Shown here piece after piece: positions 28,029-38,320 of a DNA stretch of 64,000 nt. The first letter of the stretch is position 1; each line of letters starts with the position of its first letter. Position numbers and translations under genes: made by a program. Below the pieces are notes generated by a model. The model ran no database searches. It was given only the letters and a program-made list of their open reading frames with translations, and was not told the origin of the DNA. Source of the stretch: Bacteroidales bacterium (GTDB lineage Bacteria > Bacteroidota > Bacteroidia > Bacteroidales > UBA932). The stretch covers positions 3,276 to 67,275 of the forward strand of contig JAFRZX010000092.1 of assembly GCA_017442315.1 (NCBI GenBank), given 5' to 3'.

Positions 28029-29954
28029 TTAAATGTTTACATCTTCAAGTTCCTGAGCACTTCTGAGGTTTCCGCTGATGAAATGCTGTCTGTCAATTGT
28101 GTTCTCTCCCATATAGAATTCCATTATGTCAGCAACCGGTTCCTCATCGCTGAGTCTTACACGGTCTAGCCTCATGTCTTTCCCTATGAATCCGGTGAAC
28201 TCATTCCACGAGATTTCTCCAAGACCTTTGAATCTGGTTATTTCTACCTTTGTCTTAAGTTCTTTGATTGCCTTCTCCTTTTCCGCTGCATTATAGCAAT
28301 AACGTACCTCATTCTTGTTCTTTACTCTGAACAAAGGGGTCTGGAGTATGTATACGTGGCCTCTTCTTATCAGGTCTGGGTGATATTTCATGAAGAATGT
28401 CAGGACAAGCATGCGTATGTGCATCCCATCGTCGTCGGCATCAGTTGCAACTATTATCTTGTTGTATCTCAGATCGTCTATATCATCTTCCAGGCCAAGC
28501 GCATTTATCAGAAGATTAAGTTCTTCGTTCTCAGCAATCTTTTTCCTGCTTTCCTTGTAGCTGTTTATCGGCTTTCCTCTTAGTGAGAATACAGCCTGTG
28601 TTTCGGCATTTCTGGCCTTTGTGATCGTTCCGCTTGCAGAGTCACCTTCGGTGATGAATATGCTTGTCTCTTCACGCAGATCTTCCTTGGCAGCTGGAAG
28701 CTTATCCTTATAATGATACTTGCAGTCGCGCAACTTCTTGTTATATACGCTGGTCCTTTTGTTACGTTCCTTAGTCTTTTTCTGGATAGTGGATATCTCT
28801 TTCCTTTCCTGCTCGGAAGATGTTATCTTTTCCTGAAGTACAGGAATGATCTCCTTGTGCATGTGGAGATAGTTGTCCAGATTGGTTTTTACAAAGTCGT
28901 TCACATAGCTTCGGATAGTAGGTCCCTGGTCATAGCTGTGCGTGCCGTCCGGGTTCTCTGTCACAGTCTCCCACATGTAGGTGGAACCCAGCTTGGTCTT
29001 TGTCTGGCCTTCAAAATTCGGTTCCTGAATCTGAATGCTGATGGCTCCAATGATTCCCTGTCGAATATCTTCTGGTGCAAAGTCCTTTTTAGCGAATGTC
29101 TTGTAAAATTCCTTGAGTGTCTTGGATATGGCTTCTCTCATAGCTGCGAGGTGAGTACCTCCATCGCGTGTGTTCTGTCCGTTCACAAAGGAAGCGATAT
29201 TCTCTCCATAGCTGTTTCCGTGGGTAAGTACAATCTCTACATCTTCCCCGATAATGTGAATAGGACTGTAGAGAGGTGTTTCCGACATGTTGTCGTTTAT
29301 AAGGTCGAGCAGACCGTTTTCAGATCTGTATGCAGTTCCGTTGAAATTCAGAGTCAGTCCCTTCTTGAGATAAGAGTAATTCTTCATCATTGATTCAATG
29401 AATTCCATGCGGAATGAATATCCGACAAACAGATTTTCGTCAGGAATGAATCTGACGAAAGTACCGTTCTTTTCTTTTGAAGGTCTTTGTCCGGAATCTA
29501 TAAGCTTGCCCTCTCTGAATTCAGCATAAGAACTCATTCCGTCTCTGAATGCCTCTACATAGAAGTATGAAGACAAGGCGTTTACGGCTTTCAGACCCAC
29601 GCCGTTCAGTCCGACGGACTTTTTATATCCTTTGGTGTCGTACTTTCCTCCTGTGTTCAATATGCTTACAGCTTTGATGACTGAATTAAGCGGGATACCT
29701 CTTCCAAAGTCTCTTATGCTTGCTTCCTTTTCATTTACATTGATCTGGATCAGCTTGCCGAAGCCAGCTGAGAATTCATCAATGGAATTGTCTACCACCT
29801 CTTTCAGCAGTACATAGATGCCGTCACCCAGATCGTCACCGTTGCCGAGTCTTCCGATATACATTCCTGGCCTGAGGCGAATATGCTCGACGCCTTCAAG
29901 AGTCTTGATGTTATCGTCTGTATAATTGACATTGTTAATGTTCTCTGTCACCAT
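28029..29954 (-). CDS. parE: DNA topoisomerase IV subunit B
   Basis: HIRLRPGMYIG, EVVDNSIDE, TEGDSA, LRGKP, ATDADDDG and RFKGLGE motifs. Short GyrB/ParE type. Start placed downstream of the TACCTTTG promoter at 29980-29987. Confidence 0.85.
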   Translation of the reverse strand: MVTENINNVNYTDDNIKTLEGVEHIRLRPGMYIGRLGNGDDLGDGIYVLLKEVVDNSIDEFSAGFGKLIQINVNEKEASIRDFGRGIPLNSVIKAVSILNTGGKYDTKGYKKSVGLNGVGLKAVNALSSYFYVEAFRDGMSSYAEFREGKLIDSGQRPSKEKNGTFVRFIPDENLFVGYSFRMEFIESMMKNYSYLKKGLTLNFNGTAYRSENGLLDLINDNMSETPLYSPIHIIGEDVEIVLTHGNSYGENIASFVNGQNTRDGGTHLAAMREAISKTLKEFYKTFAKKDFAPEDIRQGIIGAISIQIQEPNFEGQTKTKLGSTYMWETVTENPDGTHSYDQGPTIRSYVNDFVKTNLDNYLHMHKEIIPVLQEKITSSEQERKEISTIQKKTKERNKRTSVYNKKLRDCKYHYKDKLPAAKEDLREETSIFITEGDSASGTITKARNAETQAVFSLRGKPINSYKESRKKIAENEELNLLINALGLEDDIDDLRYNKIIVATDADDDGMHIRMLVLTFFMKYHPDLIRRGHVYILQTPLFRVKNKNEVRYCYNAAEKEKAIKELKTKVEITRFKGLGEISWNEFTGFIGKDMRLDRVRLSDEEPVADIMEFYMGENTIDRQHFISGNLRSAQELEDVNI

Positions 29955-30059
29955 ATTTTTAGATAAAGACATAATCATGCAAAGGTAATTATTTTTTTTG
30001 AAATAACATTTTTATGTTATGTGGCTTTAGGAGTGCTCAAGTAGTCTTGGCTGTGCTTG

Positions 30060-30090
30060 TTTGGTGTTTCTGTTTTTTTTTATAATTTTG
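30060..30090 (+). promoter_or_regulatory. sigma70-type promoter of the DUF4493/PCMD operon
   Basis: TTTG-19 nt-TAATTTTG, with a T9 tract in the spacer. Confidence 0.7.
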
Positions 30091-30113
30091 CAGGTTCAAA
30101 GATTCTTGACTAA

Positions 30114-31577
30114 ATGAAAGTAAAATATTTTCAGCTGTTTCTTCTGCTGAGTATCATGTGCTCGTATGTCTTTGCTGAATCAGTGTCAGCGCAGACATAT
30201 GTCAGATATGTCAAGCCTGCTGATCTGAGTACCGATGTGGTCTATGCAGACAGTGTCTTGACTTCCATAGAGCTTCCTAAAGGGATAGCGAAGCTAAGCA
30301 ATTATCCGAAATTCAATATGGCGGCTCTGGAACTTGCGAAGGTCCTTCAGGATCCTGACAAAGAGCTTCTTCAGGTATGGGTGTGCGGAAGTACGTCACC
30401 TGATGGATTGTGGGCAGATAATGTCAGGCTGAGTCAGGCACGTACTGATGCTGCAGTAAGCTATATCAAGAGTCTGATCAGTATCCCTGACAGCAAGATC
30501 CATAAGGAAAGTCTCAATGAGGACTGGGACCGCCTTGCCGAGCTTGTGGCAGAGTCCGATATGCCTTTCAAGGATGATGTGCTATATATAATAAGGAATA
30601 AGGCTTGGGGAGAAAGAAAGACTGCCCTGCAGAAATTGGGCGGAGGTACGGTGTGGAAAATATTAGAGAAAGAGTATTTTCCTATGCTCAGATGCGTAAG
30701 GTTTGCCATATATTGCCGATGGGATCCGACAAAGCCATATCTGTCAGTTCCGGATGCTCCGGAATGCGAACTTCCTGTTCAGGAATGTATGCGTCCTCAG
30801 AAAGATACCATATATATAAGGGATACCGTATACTATTTCAAGGAGACTGTTTTGGTCGGAAAGGAGACTCCGGTGGAAACTTCTCATGTGGAACCACAGA
30901 TTCAGGAAACTTATGAGCAGTATCGTCGTAAGTCCCTTGCCCGCGAGAAGAAGATGCATGACACTCCTTGGATGATGGGGTTCAAGACCAATCTTCTGGC
31001 AGATGCTATCGTGGTTCCGACATTGGGTGTGGAATTCCAGCTGGGACGACACCTGTCCCTTGATATCCAGGGATGGAAGACTGGCTATAATGTCTTTACA
31101 GGTCAGTCATCTTATACGAATGTTTATGGGTTCTCGCCTGAGATCCGCTGGTGGATAGGTGACCGGATAATGCGTAAGGGAAGCTTTATCGGTCTTCATG
31201 GAAGATGTATGTGGTACAATCTGGTATGGAAGGACGGAGTATTTTATCAGAACGGTCCTGACAGATGGATATTGACCGACCAGGGCAGATATAGGGATCC
31301 GGGCAATATGACGCCGGCTTGGAGCGTGGGCCTTACCTATGGATATTCTCTTGGACTTGGTAGAAAAGGACATTGGGGAATTGAATTCCTTCTGGGAGTC
31401 GGTTATGGAAAGTATCAGCAGAATCTTGCTGTAACTGATGATAGAGGTGTACTTGTATTTCTTGATGAGGGAGGCCATCAGGATAAGACCTGCCTTGGCA
31501 TTACAAGAGCAGGCATAAACCTGACATATCGGTTCTCTCTTAGGAAAGTTAATCCGGATTATTACGAAACACATTAA
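30114..31577 (+). CDS. DUF3575 outer-membrane protein with N-terminal OmpA-like domain
   Basis: Signal peptide, GSTSPDG..N..LS..R, EDWDRL, then barrel motifs FKTNLLAD, PEIRWW and GITRAGINLTYRF. Confidence 0.75.
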   Translation: MKVKYFQLFLLLSIMCSYVFAESVSAQTYVRYVKPADLSTDVVYADSVLTSIELPKGIAKLSNYPKFNMAALELAKVLQDPDKELLQVWVCGSTSPDGLWADNVRLSQARTDAAVSYIKSLISIPDSKIHKESLNEDWDRLAELVAESDMPFKDDVLYIIRNKAWGERKTALQKLGGGTVWKILEKEYFPMLRCVRFAIYCRWDPTKPYLSVPDAPECELPVQECMRPQKDTIYIRDTVYYFKETVLVGKETPVETSHVEPQIQETYEQYRRKSLAREKKMHDTPWMMGFKTNLLADAIVVPTLGVEFQLGRHLSLDIQGWKTGYNVFTGQSSYTNVYGFSPEIRWWIGDRIMRKGSFIGLHGRCMWYNLVWKDGVFYQNGPDRWILTDQGRYRDPGNMTPAWSVGLTYGYSLGLGRKGHWGIEFLLGVGYGKYQQNLAVTDDRGVLVFLDEGGHQDKTCLGITRAGINLTYRFSLRKVNPDYYETH

Positions 31578-31601
31578 TATATTTTACTTAACCAAATCAT
31601 T

Positions 31602-33809
31602 ATGCGACGTTTAAGATTCATTCCAGCCCTGCTGGTGACCTTATTGTCGGGCTGTTCGGAGAGTCTGATCGAACAGAGACCTGCTGATTATAACGCAGGG
31701 GAGAAGGGAATGGTTTCAATTTCACTCTCTACCGACCTGAGCAATGAGGCTGTCGGAACAAGGGCAGATGCGGATGTGCCGGATGTTGACGACTTCAGGA
31801 TTGCGATTTACAAGGTCGAAAACCAGATGCGTCTTTACAATGACTCATACGCGAACTCCGTCGGCAAGGAAATACCTCTCAATGCAGGAGAGTATCGGCT
31901 TGTCGCTCAGCATGGAGATACATTAGGCTGCGGTTTCAATAAACCGTATTATCTCGCTGACCCATTGTTTGTCATTGATGGTGGTGTTACTACTGTCGAG
32001 GCTGTCGCCAAGCTTGCGAATGTCAAACTTGATGTAGAATTCGATGCTACAATCTCAGACAATTACTCTGACTATTATGCAATTGTAAGGCATAACTCAC
32101 TTACTGGAAAGAATGTGAAGTTCACAAAGACAGAAACGCGGTATGGATATATTCCAGCCGGTGAACTCATATTGGAAGTATATGCGGATGTCGATGGCGA
32201 GTGGAAATATTTCAAGACAGCTCCCGCAGTCTACAATCCGAATGATTTTGTGACATTCAATATCACGACCAATGATCGGGAAGGTGATCTTGTGATTAAG
32301 ATTACTGTCGATACTACGACTGAGGAAAAGAACGAGGTGATCGAGATACCTGCAATCACAGTTCCTCAGGATGCACCATCCATAACTCTTGCCGGATTCG
32401 ACAATAATATTCATGAAATTGTGGAAGGTCAGGACGTGGCCGGACATAACGCAATGGCAAGCTTCCTTGCACGCGGGGCATTGGCGCATTGCTACCTGAC
32501 TGTTGATTCCGAATGGCTTTCTGACAGAGGTGTCCCAGCCGAGATGGACCTTGCAGATATAGATGATGTTTCTGCTGCTGCCTTGAGGAATGCAGGAATC
32601 TCATGGGATGAGGATATGGCTACAACCAGGACGTTCTCATATATCGATTTTACAGATATGGTTGCAGAAATGCTTTCTCAAGTGAAGGCAGAGGCTACCG
32701 ACGTGACTATGGCTAAATTCACTCTCCGTATAGTAGACTCTGTGGGAAAGGAGATTACAGAAGAGTTCAGTGTGGTATCAGGAGGTGTCACTCTGGGACT
32801 GACTGTCGAGGAATATAACGTCTGGGCCCGCAAGGTTGTAGATCCGGTAGGAGTCATCAACAAGGGAATGCCTTCATTAGTGGTATTTCAGGCTTCTGTT
32901 GATGGTGGAGCCAGCTGGGTCGATCTGGACATTGATCCTGCAATTTCCGGAAGCTCATCATCCTCGTCTTCAGGATATACCCTTAATTTCGGAACAATAC
33001 CTGCAGAACCTGGTACTACCTACGAGATCAGGACAATCTACAACAAGAATGAAAATTGCGTCAGTCCGGTACTGACCATAAAGACTGAGGATGCTCTTCA
33101 ACTTGGAAACAGCGGCTTTGAGGATTATCAGCTCGTGCAGACGAGATTTACACCTCTGGCAAGTTCAAGCTATACGCGTAATTGGTATCTGCCGTATGCT
33201 TCAGGAGAAACAGATCCTTGGTGGGCTTGTAACAGTATGCAGTCGATGCCAGACGGCCATACCGGGTGGTCTGTTACATGGTGCAAGAATTTCCCATCGT
33301 CCGGTTATGTAAAGGACAGACATAGCGGAAACAAGGCTGCAATGATATTCTGTGTGAACATAGGTAATACTAATACAGCAAATTCTTATCCTGGAACCAC
33401 GTATGAAGGAGAACTTTGGATAGGTACCTCAGATGCTGATGGCAACATTGCGACTCAAGGACATTCTTTTGCCAGTCGTCCTTCCAAGCTTTCATTCTAC
33501 TATAAATACGGTTCTAACAGCGGATGCACCTTCTTTGTCGATACATGGGTCAAGGATGCAGATGGAAATATCATAGCTTCAGCCCAGGTGTCTGATGGTC
33601 CGGCGGCTGACACATGGACCAGATATGAGATTCCATATAATTATTCTGTCATCAACAAGAAGGCTGCAAGCATATATGTAAGGATCAGTTCCAGCTATGG
33701 AAACGGCAATGTCAGCACAGCTGTTGATTTCGATCTGGGTGAAGAATCTGTGACCGCGCATGCGGGATGTTTCCTTAAACTCGATGATTTTGAGCTTATT
33801 TATGAATAG
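31602..33809 (+). CDS. DUF4493-like lipoprotein with C-terminal PCMD-like domain
   Basis: Lipobox LSGC, GTRA, GEYRLVA, LANVK; C-terminal NSGFED...FASRPSKLSFYYKY...LKLDDFELIYE. Confidence 0.7.
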   Translation: MRRLRFIPALLVTLLSGCSESLIEQRPADYNAGEKGMVSISLSTDLSNEAVGTRADADVPDVDDFRIAIYKVENQMRLYNDSYANSVGKEIPLNAGEYRLVAQHGDTLGCGFNKPYYLADPLFVIDGGVTTVEAVAKLANVKLDVEFDATISDNYSDYYAIVRHNSLTGKNVKFTKTETRYGYIPAGELILEVYADVDGEWKYFKTAPAVYNPNDFVTFNITTNDREGDLVIKITVDTTTEEKNEVIEIPAITVPQDAPSITLAGFDNNIHEIVEGQDVAGHNAMASFLARGALAHCYLTVDSEWLSDRGVPAEMDLADIDDVSAAALRNAGISWDEDMATTRTFSYIDFTDMVAEMLSQVKAEATDVTMAKFTLRIVDSVGKEITEEFSVVSGGVTLGLTVEEYNVWARKVVDPVGVINKGMPSLVVFQASVDGGASWVDLDIDPAISGSSSSSSSGYTLNFGTIPAEPGTTYEIRTIYNKNENCVSPVLTIKTEDALQLGNSGFEDYQLVQTRFTPLASSSYTRNWYLPYASGETDPWWACNSMQSMPDGHTGWSVTWCKNFPSSGYVKDRHSGNKAAMIFCVNIGNTNTANSYPGTTYEGELWIGTSDADGNIATQGHSFASRPSKLSFYYKYGSNSGCTFFVDTWVKDADGNIIASAQVSDGPAADTWTRYEIPYNYSVINKKAASIYVRISSSYGNGNVSTAVDFDLGEESVTAHAGCFLKLDDFELIYE

Positions 33810-33825
33810 TAAACCGGGTAAGAAT

Positions 33826-35199
33826 ATGAAAAAGATATATTTCTCAATAATAGCGGCAGCCGTTTTATCTGCAGGCTGTAACAGTGAGATCATCGAGCAG
33901 CAGGGCTCTGGTTCACTCGCAATCGATCTATCCTGCAAGTCAGATTATACGGTGGTTGCAACAAAGGCTACCGATGAGGAAATCATAAATGATCTGGCGA
34001 TTGATATCGTTCGTCCGTATGACGGCTGGTCTGTTAATTATACTCCGTTCAGTTCAATCAGAGGCAAGGTGGTTGAACTCGGATCTGGTGATTATATAAT
34101 CACTGCATCTTCTCAGTGCAAGGAACATGCGGCCTACGATCAGCCAATCTATGAAGGATCTGAGGATTTCACTATCATGACAGGTCAGGTGACAACCATA
34201 GATCTTCTATGTAAGATATCAAACGTTAAGGTTTCAATCAATCTTTCTGATAATTTCGCCTCAGAACTCTCTGACTATACAGTGACTGTCAGCAATGGAA
34301 AAGGAACACTTTCCTGGGTGAAGACTTCTGAAAAGGATGACTTCAAGCCTATTGTAGTAGAAGGCAAGACAGTCTTCACATCAGCTCAGGCAGGTTATTT
34401 CACTGTTGCTCCTCTTTCTGTAACCGTTAATGGACATAGAGCTATTGATGATACTGATGCAAGCACAGTCCTTTATATAGAGAATGTCAACGCGGCAGAC
34501 CATCATATACTTAATCTTGATGCGAAGGTTACAGGTCAGATCGGTGATGTGGATGAATCAGGAAATGTCATACAGCAGGGTATTACAATCACTATCAGTC
34601 ATGATGTCAATCCTATTGACCAGAATGTTGTGATTCCGGGCTTTGATGAAATTCCTGTAGAGGGTGACAAGCCGTCTGAAGGTGGTGATGAAGGTGATGA
34701 CGAAGGTGGCAATCAGGGCGGTGATCCTGTAGTTCCGGAAACTCCGACTGATATGCCAAAGCTTATATGGCCGGCAAATCCTGATTTTGCTGATGTCGAA
34801 CTTCCTATGACGACTTCTGCAGTTGTTGATGTGGAACTTACCATTGAAGTTCCTAAGGGTATTGCTGAATTCCTGATTTATGTTGATTCAGGGGTACTCA
34901 GTCCGACTATTGCAGCTCTTACAGCTGCCGGTACAGTTGATGAAAACGGTATTGCACTGATGGATATGATCAACGATGATACCCTTTATGCAAACCTTGG
35001 CGAGGGACTGCCGATGAAGGATAAGGTTCTGAATCAGACTTCAGTAGAATTCTCCTTGTCAAGTCTTGTTCCGCTGATCAATATGTACGTACAGGATATC
35101 ACTTCGGGAGATAAACATCTCTTTACTCTTTATGTGGTTGATAATGAGGGTAATGTCCTTGAACAAACTGTTACTTTCGTATCTGTTCCGGCAGAATAA
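33826..35199 (+). CDS. DUF4493-like lipoprotein with acidic linker and C-terminal Ig-like domain
   Basis: Lipobox SAGC, ATKA, GDYIITA, CKISNVKV, G/D/E-rich linker, HLFTLYVVD. Confidence 0.7.
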   Translation: MKKIYFSIIAAAVLSAGCNSEIIEQQGSGSLAIDLSCKSDYTVVATKATDEEIINDLAIDIVRPYDGWSVNYTPFSSIRGKVVELGSGDYIITASSQCKEHAAYDQPIYEGSEDFTIMTGQVTTIDLLCKISNVKVSINLSDNFASELSDYTVTVSNGKGTLSWVKTSEKDDFKPIVVEGKTVFTSAQAGYFTVAPLSVTVNGHRAIDDTDASTVLYIENVNAADHHILNLDAKVTGQIGDVDESGNVIQQGITITISHDVNPIDQNVVIPGFDEIPVEGDKPSEGGDEGDDEGGNQGGDPVVPETPTDMPKLIWPANPDFADVELPMTTSAVVDVELTIEVPKGIAEFLIYVDSGVLSPTIAALTAAGTVDENGIALMDMINDDTLYANLGEGLPMKDKVLNQTSVEFSLSSLVPLINMYVQDITSGDKHLFTLYVVDNEGNVLEQTVTFVSVPAE

Positions 35200-35220
35200 T
35201 TGTATTAGGAGAATCTCATT

Positions 35221-37479
35221 ATGAAGAAGATATATTCGCACATAATGATGATCGTCCTTTCTGTCGGTATCCTTTCTTCATGTAACGAAGAAATGATACA
35301 GAACGAAAGCTACGGATTCTTGGGCATCAGGATGGATAATGATCTGTCGGAAGATATCATTGTCAAATCTGATGTCACGGCTGATGAACTTGTATTTGCT
35401 GTGGGCGTGTACAATGCATCAGGCCAGCTTGTAGCGGAAAGAGATGATCATAATTCGGTAACAACCGATAATCCGATCAGACTTCAGATCGGTAATTATA
35501 ATGTGGTTGCCAGCAATGGCACAAATCTGAATGCGGCTTTCGATAATCCATATTACGAGGGCAGCAGAAACGTCAGGATTTATGCAGATAAGGTAAATAC
35601 TGTAGAGCTTACATGTACCTTGGCAAATACTGCATTTTCCGTAGATTTCCCGGCTGAGTTCGCTGAGCATTTTGATGTATATGAAGTGGCAGTGACAAAT
35701 GGTGTCGGTGATAAGCTTGTCCTGAGCAATGATCCTGAAGACGGAAATGCTTTGGAGGCAGGTTTTGATTCAAAGGCTTATTTTGATGTTACAGGAACCC
35801 TGACATGGGAACTTTATCTTCAGAATAAGGACTATGATCCATCGTTTGATTCTCATGGGCATGAAGGTGGTATTTACCGTGCTACTGCAACATATACCGA
35901 TGTCAAGGCAAGAGAACATTATCACCTTACATTCGAACTTGGGGAAGGAGAGGCTTCGGATGGTGCTTTTATTGTGAAGGTGATTCTTGACAGCAGCATG
36001 GAGGAAAGTTCTCATGAGCTCGTTCTTGATTTTGACAACAGGAATCTGCCGTCATATGCAACTAATGCTGAATTTGACGTTACTTCCGGTGAGGCTCTTA
36101 CCGTTCCTATCGGAAACACAGTCACAAAGCAATTTGCAGTGAAGACTCCTGTAGGAGTGAAGAGCCTACGTGCTGCTCATTCTTCTGAATCTCTTGTTCA
36201 GGCAGGTTTCCCTGCATATGTTGAATTCATAGGAGCATCTTCAGAACTGATCCAGAGCCTTTCTGATGCAGGTGTTGTTATCAGCCAGGCTTCCAGAGCT
36301 GGAGTTCCTGTGCAGGGTGCAGTAGAAACGACAATCGATCTGACGCGTCTTGTTGCAAGCCTTCCAGTCGGCAATTATAGCATTGAGTTTACTGCAGTCG
36401 ATCTCAAAGGACATTTTGATGTGTTTGAATTTGTCTTTGAAATCATTTCTGATGTAGATGCTGAGGCTGTAGCTGCTTATACCGGTTGGGCTGCATTTGC
36501 GAAACTTGAAGGACGTTTCTTTGCAGCAGATGCTCCTGATGGTCTCACATTCCAATATAGAAAGGCTACTGCTGATGAATGGACAGAACTGGATCCTTCT
36601 CATGTGGACATCAATACCGCAACCCTTCGTTATTCTGCGGTTCTGACCGGTCTTGAACCGTCGACATCATACGTGTTCCGCGCCGTATCTGCAGAAGATA
36701 AGGAAACAAAGGAGATTTCATTCTCTACATCCTCTGCAGCTACTATACATAATCTCAGTTTTGATTACTGGTATAAGAGTGGCGATGCATGGATGCCTAA
36801 TCAGAACTCAGACAATTATGTATGGGATACAGCGAACCCTGGTACTGCCAGTCTTGGATATATTCCGACCACACCGGAAGAAACGACTGTTGTCAAGGGC
36901 AAGGCTGCAAGACTGGAGACCCAGCTGGCTCAGGTAATGTTTGTGAAGAAGCTTGCGGCAGGTAATATATATACGGGACAATTCGTCAAGGTGGCTGGCG
37001 TAGGAGCTGAACTTGATTGGGGAATTCCATTCTCATCACGCCCTCTGGCTCTAAGGGGATATATGAAGTATGCTCCTAAGACTATCGATTATGCGGAAAG
37101 TCCGCATACCGATAAAAAAGGCAAGACTGATTTCTGTCAGATACAGATGTTCCTTACAGACTGGACCGGAACCTTCCGTATAAGCACCAGTAGCAAACAG
37201 TTCGTGGACTATACCTCTTCAAGTATCATAGCGCGTGGTGAGATGCATACGGATGCTACTCATAACGGTTATGTCAAGTTTACCATTCCATTGGTATATA
37301 GAGATAACAGGACTCCTGCATATGCTGTCATTTCGGCGGCAGCAAGTATGTATGGTGACTATTTTACCGGTGCGGTAGGAAGTGTTCTGCTTCTTGATGA
37401 GTTCGAGCTGGTATATGATCCGGCAGAACTTACAGAAGAAGAATATAATGCTGTATTCAGTCAAATAAATCCATTCTAA
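35221..37479 (+). CDS. DUF4493 + FN3-like + PCMD lipoprotein
   Basis: Lipobox LSSC, GNYNVVA, CTLANT, GLEPSTSYVFRA, WDTANPG, LAAGNIYTG, WGIPFSSRP, YGDYFTG. Confidence 0.75.
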   Translation: MKKIYSHIMMIVLSVGILSSCNEEMIQNESYGFLGIRMDNDLSEDIIVKSDVTADELVFAVGVYNASGQLVAERDDHNSVTTDNPIRLQIGNYNVVASNGTNLNAAFDNPYYEGSRNVRIYADKVNTVELTCTLANTAFSVDFPAEFAEHFDVYEVAVTNGVGDKLVLSNDPEDGNALEAGFDSKAYFDVTGTLTWELYLQNKDYDPSFDSHGHEGGIYRATATYTDVKAREHYHLTFELGEGEASDGAFIVKVILDSSMEESSHELVLDFDNRNLPSYATNAEFDVTSGEALTVPIGNTVTKQFAVKTPVGVKSLRAAHSSESLVQAGFPAYVEFIGASSELIQSLSDAGVVISQASRAGVPVQGAVETTIDLTRLVASLPVGNYSIEFTAVDLKGHFDVFEFVFEIISDVDAEAVAAYTGWAAFAKLEGRFFAADAPDGLTFQYRKATADEWTELDPSHVDINTATLRYSAVLTGLEPSTSYVFRAVSAEDKETKEISFSTSSAATIHNLSFDYWYKSGDAWMPNQNSDNYVWDTANPGTASLGYIPTTPEETTVVKGKAARLETQLAQVMFVKKLAAGNIYTGQFVKVAGVGAELDWGIPFSSRPLALRGYMKYAPKTIDYAESPHTDKKGKTDFCQIQMFLTDWTGTFRISTSSKQFVDYTSSSIIARGEMHTDATHNGYVKFTIPLVYRDNRTPAYAVISAAASMYGDYFTGAVGSVLLLDEFELVYDPAELTEEEYNAVFSQINPF

Positions 37480-37483
37480 GCAG

Positions 37484-38320
37484 ATGAAACGGTTTATCAC
37501 AGCTATACTGCTGATGACTTCTCTTACATATGGCTGGGCCGGCTCAAGAAAGAATTCTGAGCCGGTTGAGCCATTTGACAGAGGAATCGGAAAGTCTACA
37601 TCTGTATTTGTGCCCAAAGGTACGGTGGCTGCAGGTGTGAATTTTTCATACAGGACTTTTGAATTGGGACAGAATGTCGATGATCCGGGTTTTTCCATGC
37701 TTTTCAATCTGGTAAACGGATTGAAAGGATCCTTATATACATTCGGATTAGCGCCCCACCTTTCATATTTTGTTGCGGATAACCTGTCTATTGGTGCCAG
37801 GTTTGATTATGACCGGACATCAGCGGATATTGGTAATGCTGCTCTTTCCATAAGTGAGGACATGGGATTCGGTATCGCGGATTATCACATGCTTAAGAAT
37901 ACCTTCAGCGGTTCTCTTACCATGAGGTATTATATGGCAATAGCCAACAGCAAGAGATTCGCAATTTTTGCTGAAGCAAGGGCGACAGGAGCATATGGAG
38001 AGTCTAAGACATGGAATGTTCAGGATAGTGAAAAATTCGGTACATATCAGGTCATAAGACAGGGTGCATTGGCAATTGTTCCTGGCATAAGTATTTTCGC
38101 TCAGGATAATGTAGCTGTGGAAGTCGCAATTGGAATCCTAGGAATCAACTATAGCCGCACTGACCAGCAGGTACATACACCTGTCAAGATTGAAGAGAGC
38201 TATATGCAGAACAGTGGAGCCAATTTCAAGATCAATCCATTATCGATTGAAATAGGCACTTCATTCTATTTCTATACAGGACCTCATAGCAAGAGGGCCA
38301 GAAAACATGGAAGCATATGA
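37484..38320 (+). CDS. Outer-membrane beta-barrel protein
   Basis: Signal peptide, alternating amphipathic strands, C-terminal IGTSFYF-type beta signal. Coupled by overlap to the next gene. Confidence 0.7.
   Translation: MKRFITAILLMTSLTYGWAGSRKNSEPVEPFDRGIGKSTSVFVPKGTVAAGVNFSYRTFELGQNVDDPGFSMLFNLVNGLKGSLYTFGLAPHLSYFVADNLSIGARFDYDRTSADIGNAALSISEDMGFGIADYHMLKNTFSGSLTMRYYMAIANSKRFAIFAEARATGAYGESKTWNVQDSEKFGTYQVIRQGALAIVPGISIFAQDNVAVEVAIGILGINYSRTDQQVHTPVKIEESYMQNSGANFKINPLSIEIGTSFYFYTGPHSKRARKHGSI

Noticed and set aside
28713-29393. 226-aa plus-strand ORF
   Set aside because: Fully antisense to parE with no motifs; a shadow ORF.
28029-29954. parE without adjacent parC
   Set aside because: Separation of the two genes is common in Bacteroidales.
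30073-30081. T9 tract in the operon promoter spacer as a phase-variation switch
   Set aside because: Similar A/T tracts occur in other promoter regions here (e.g. 24201-24209), so there is no specific evidence.
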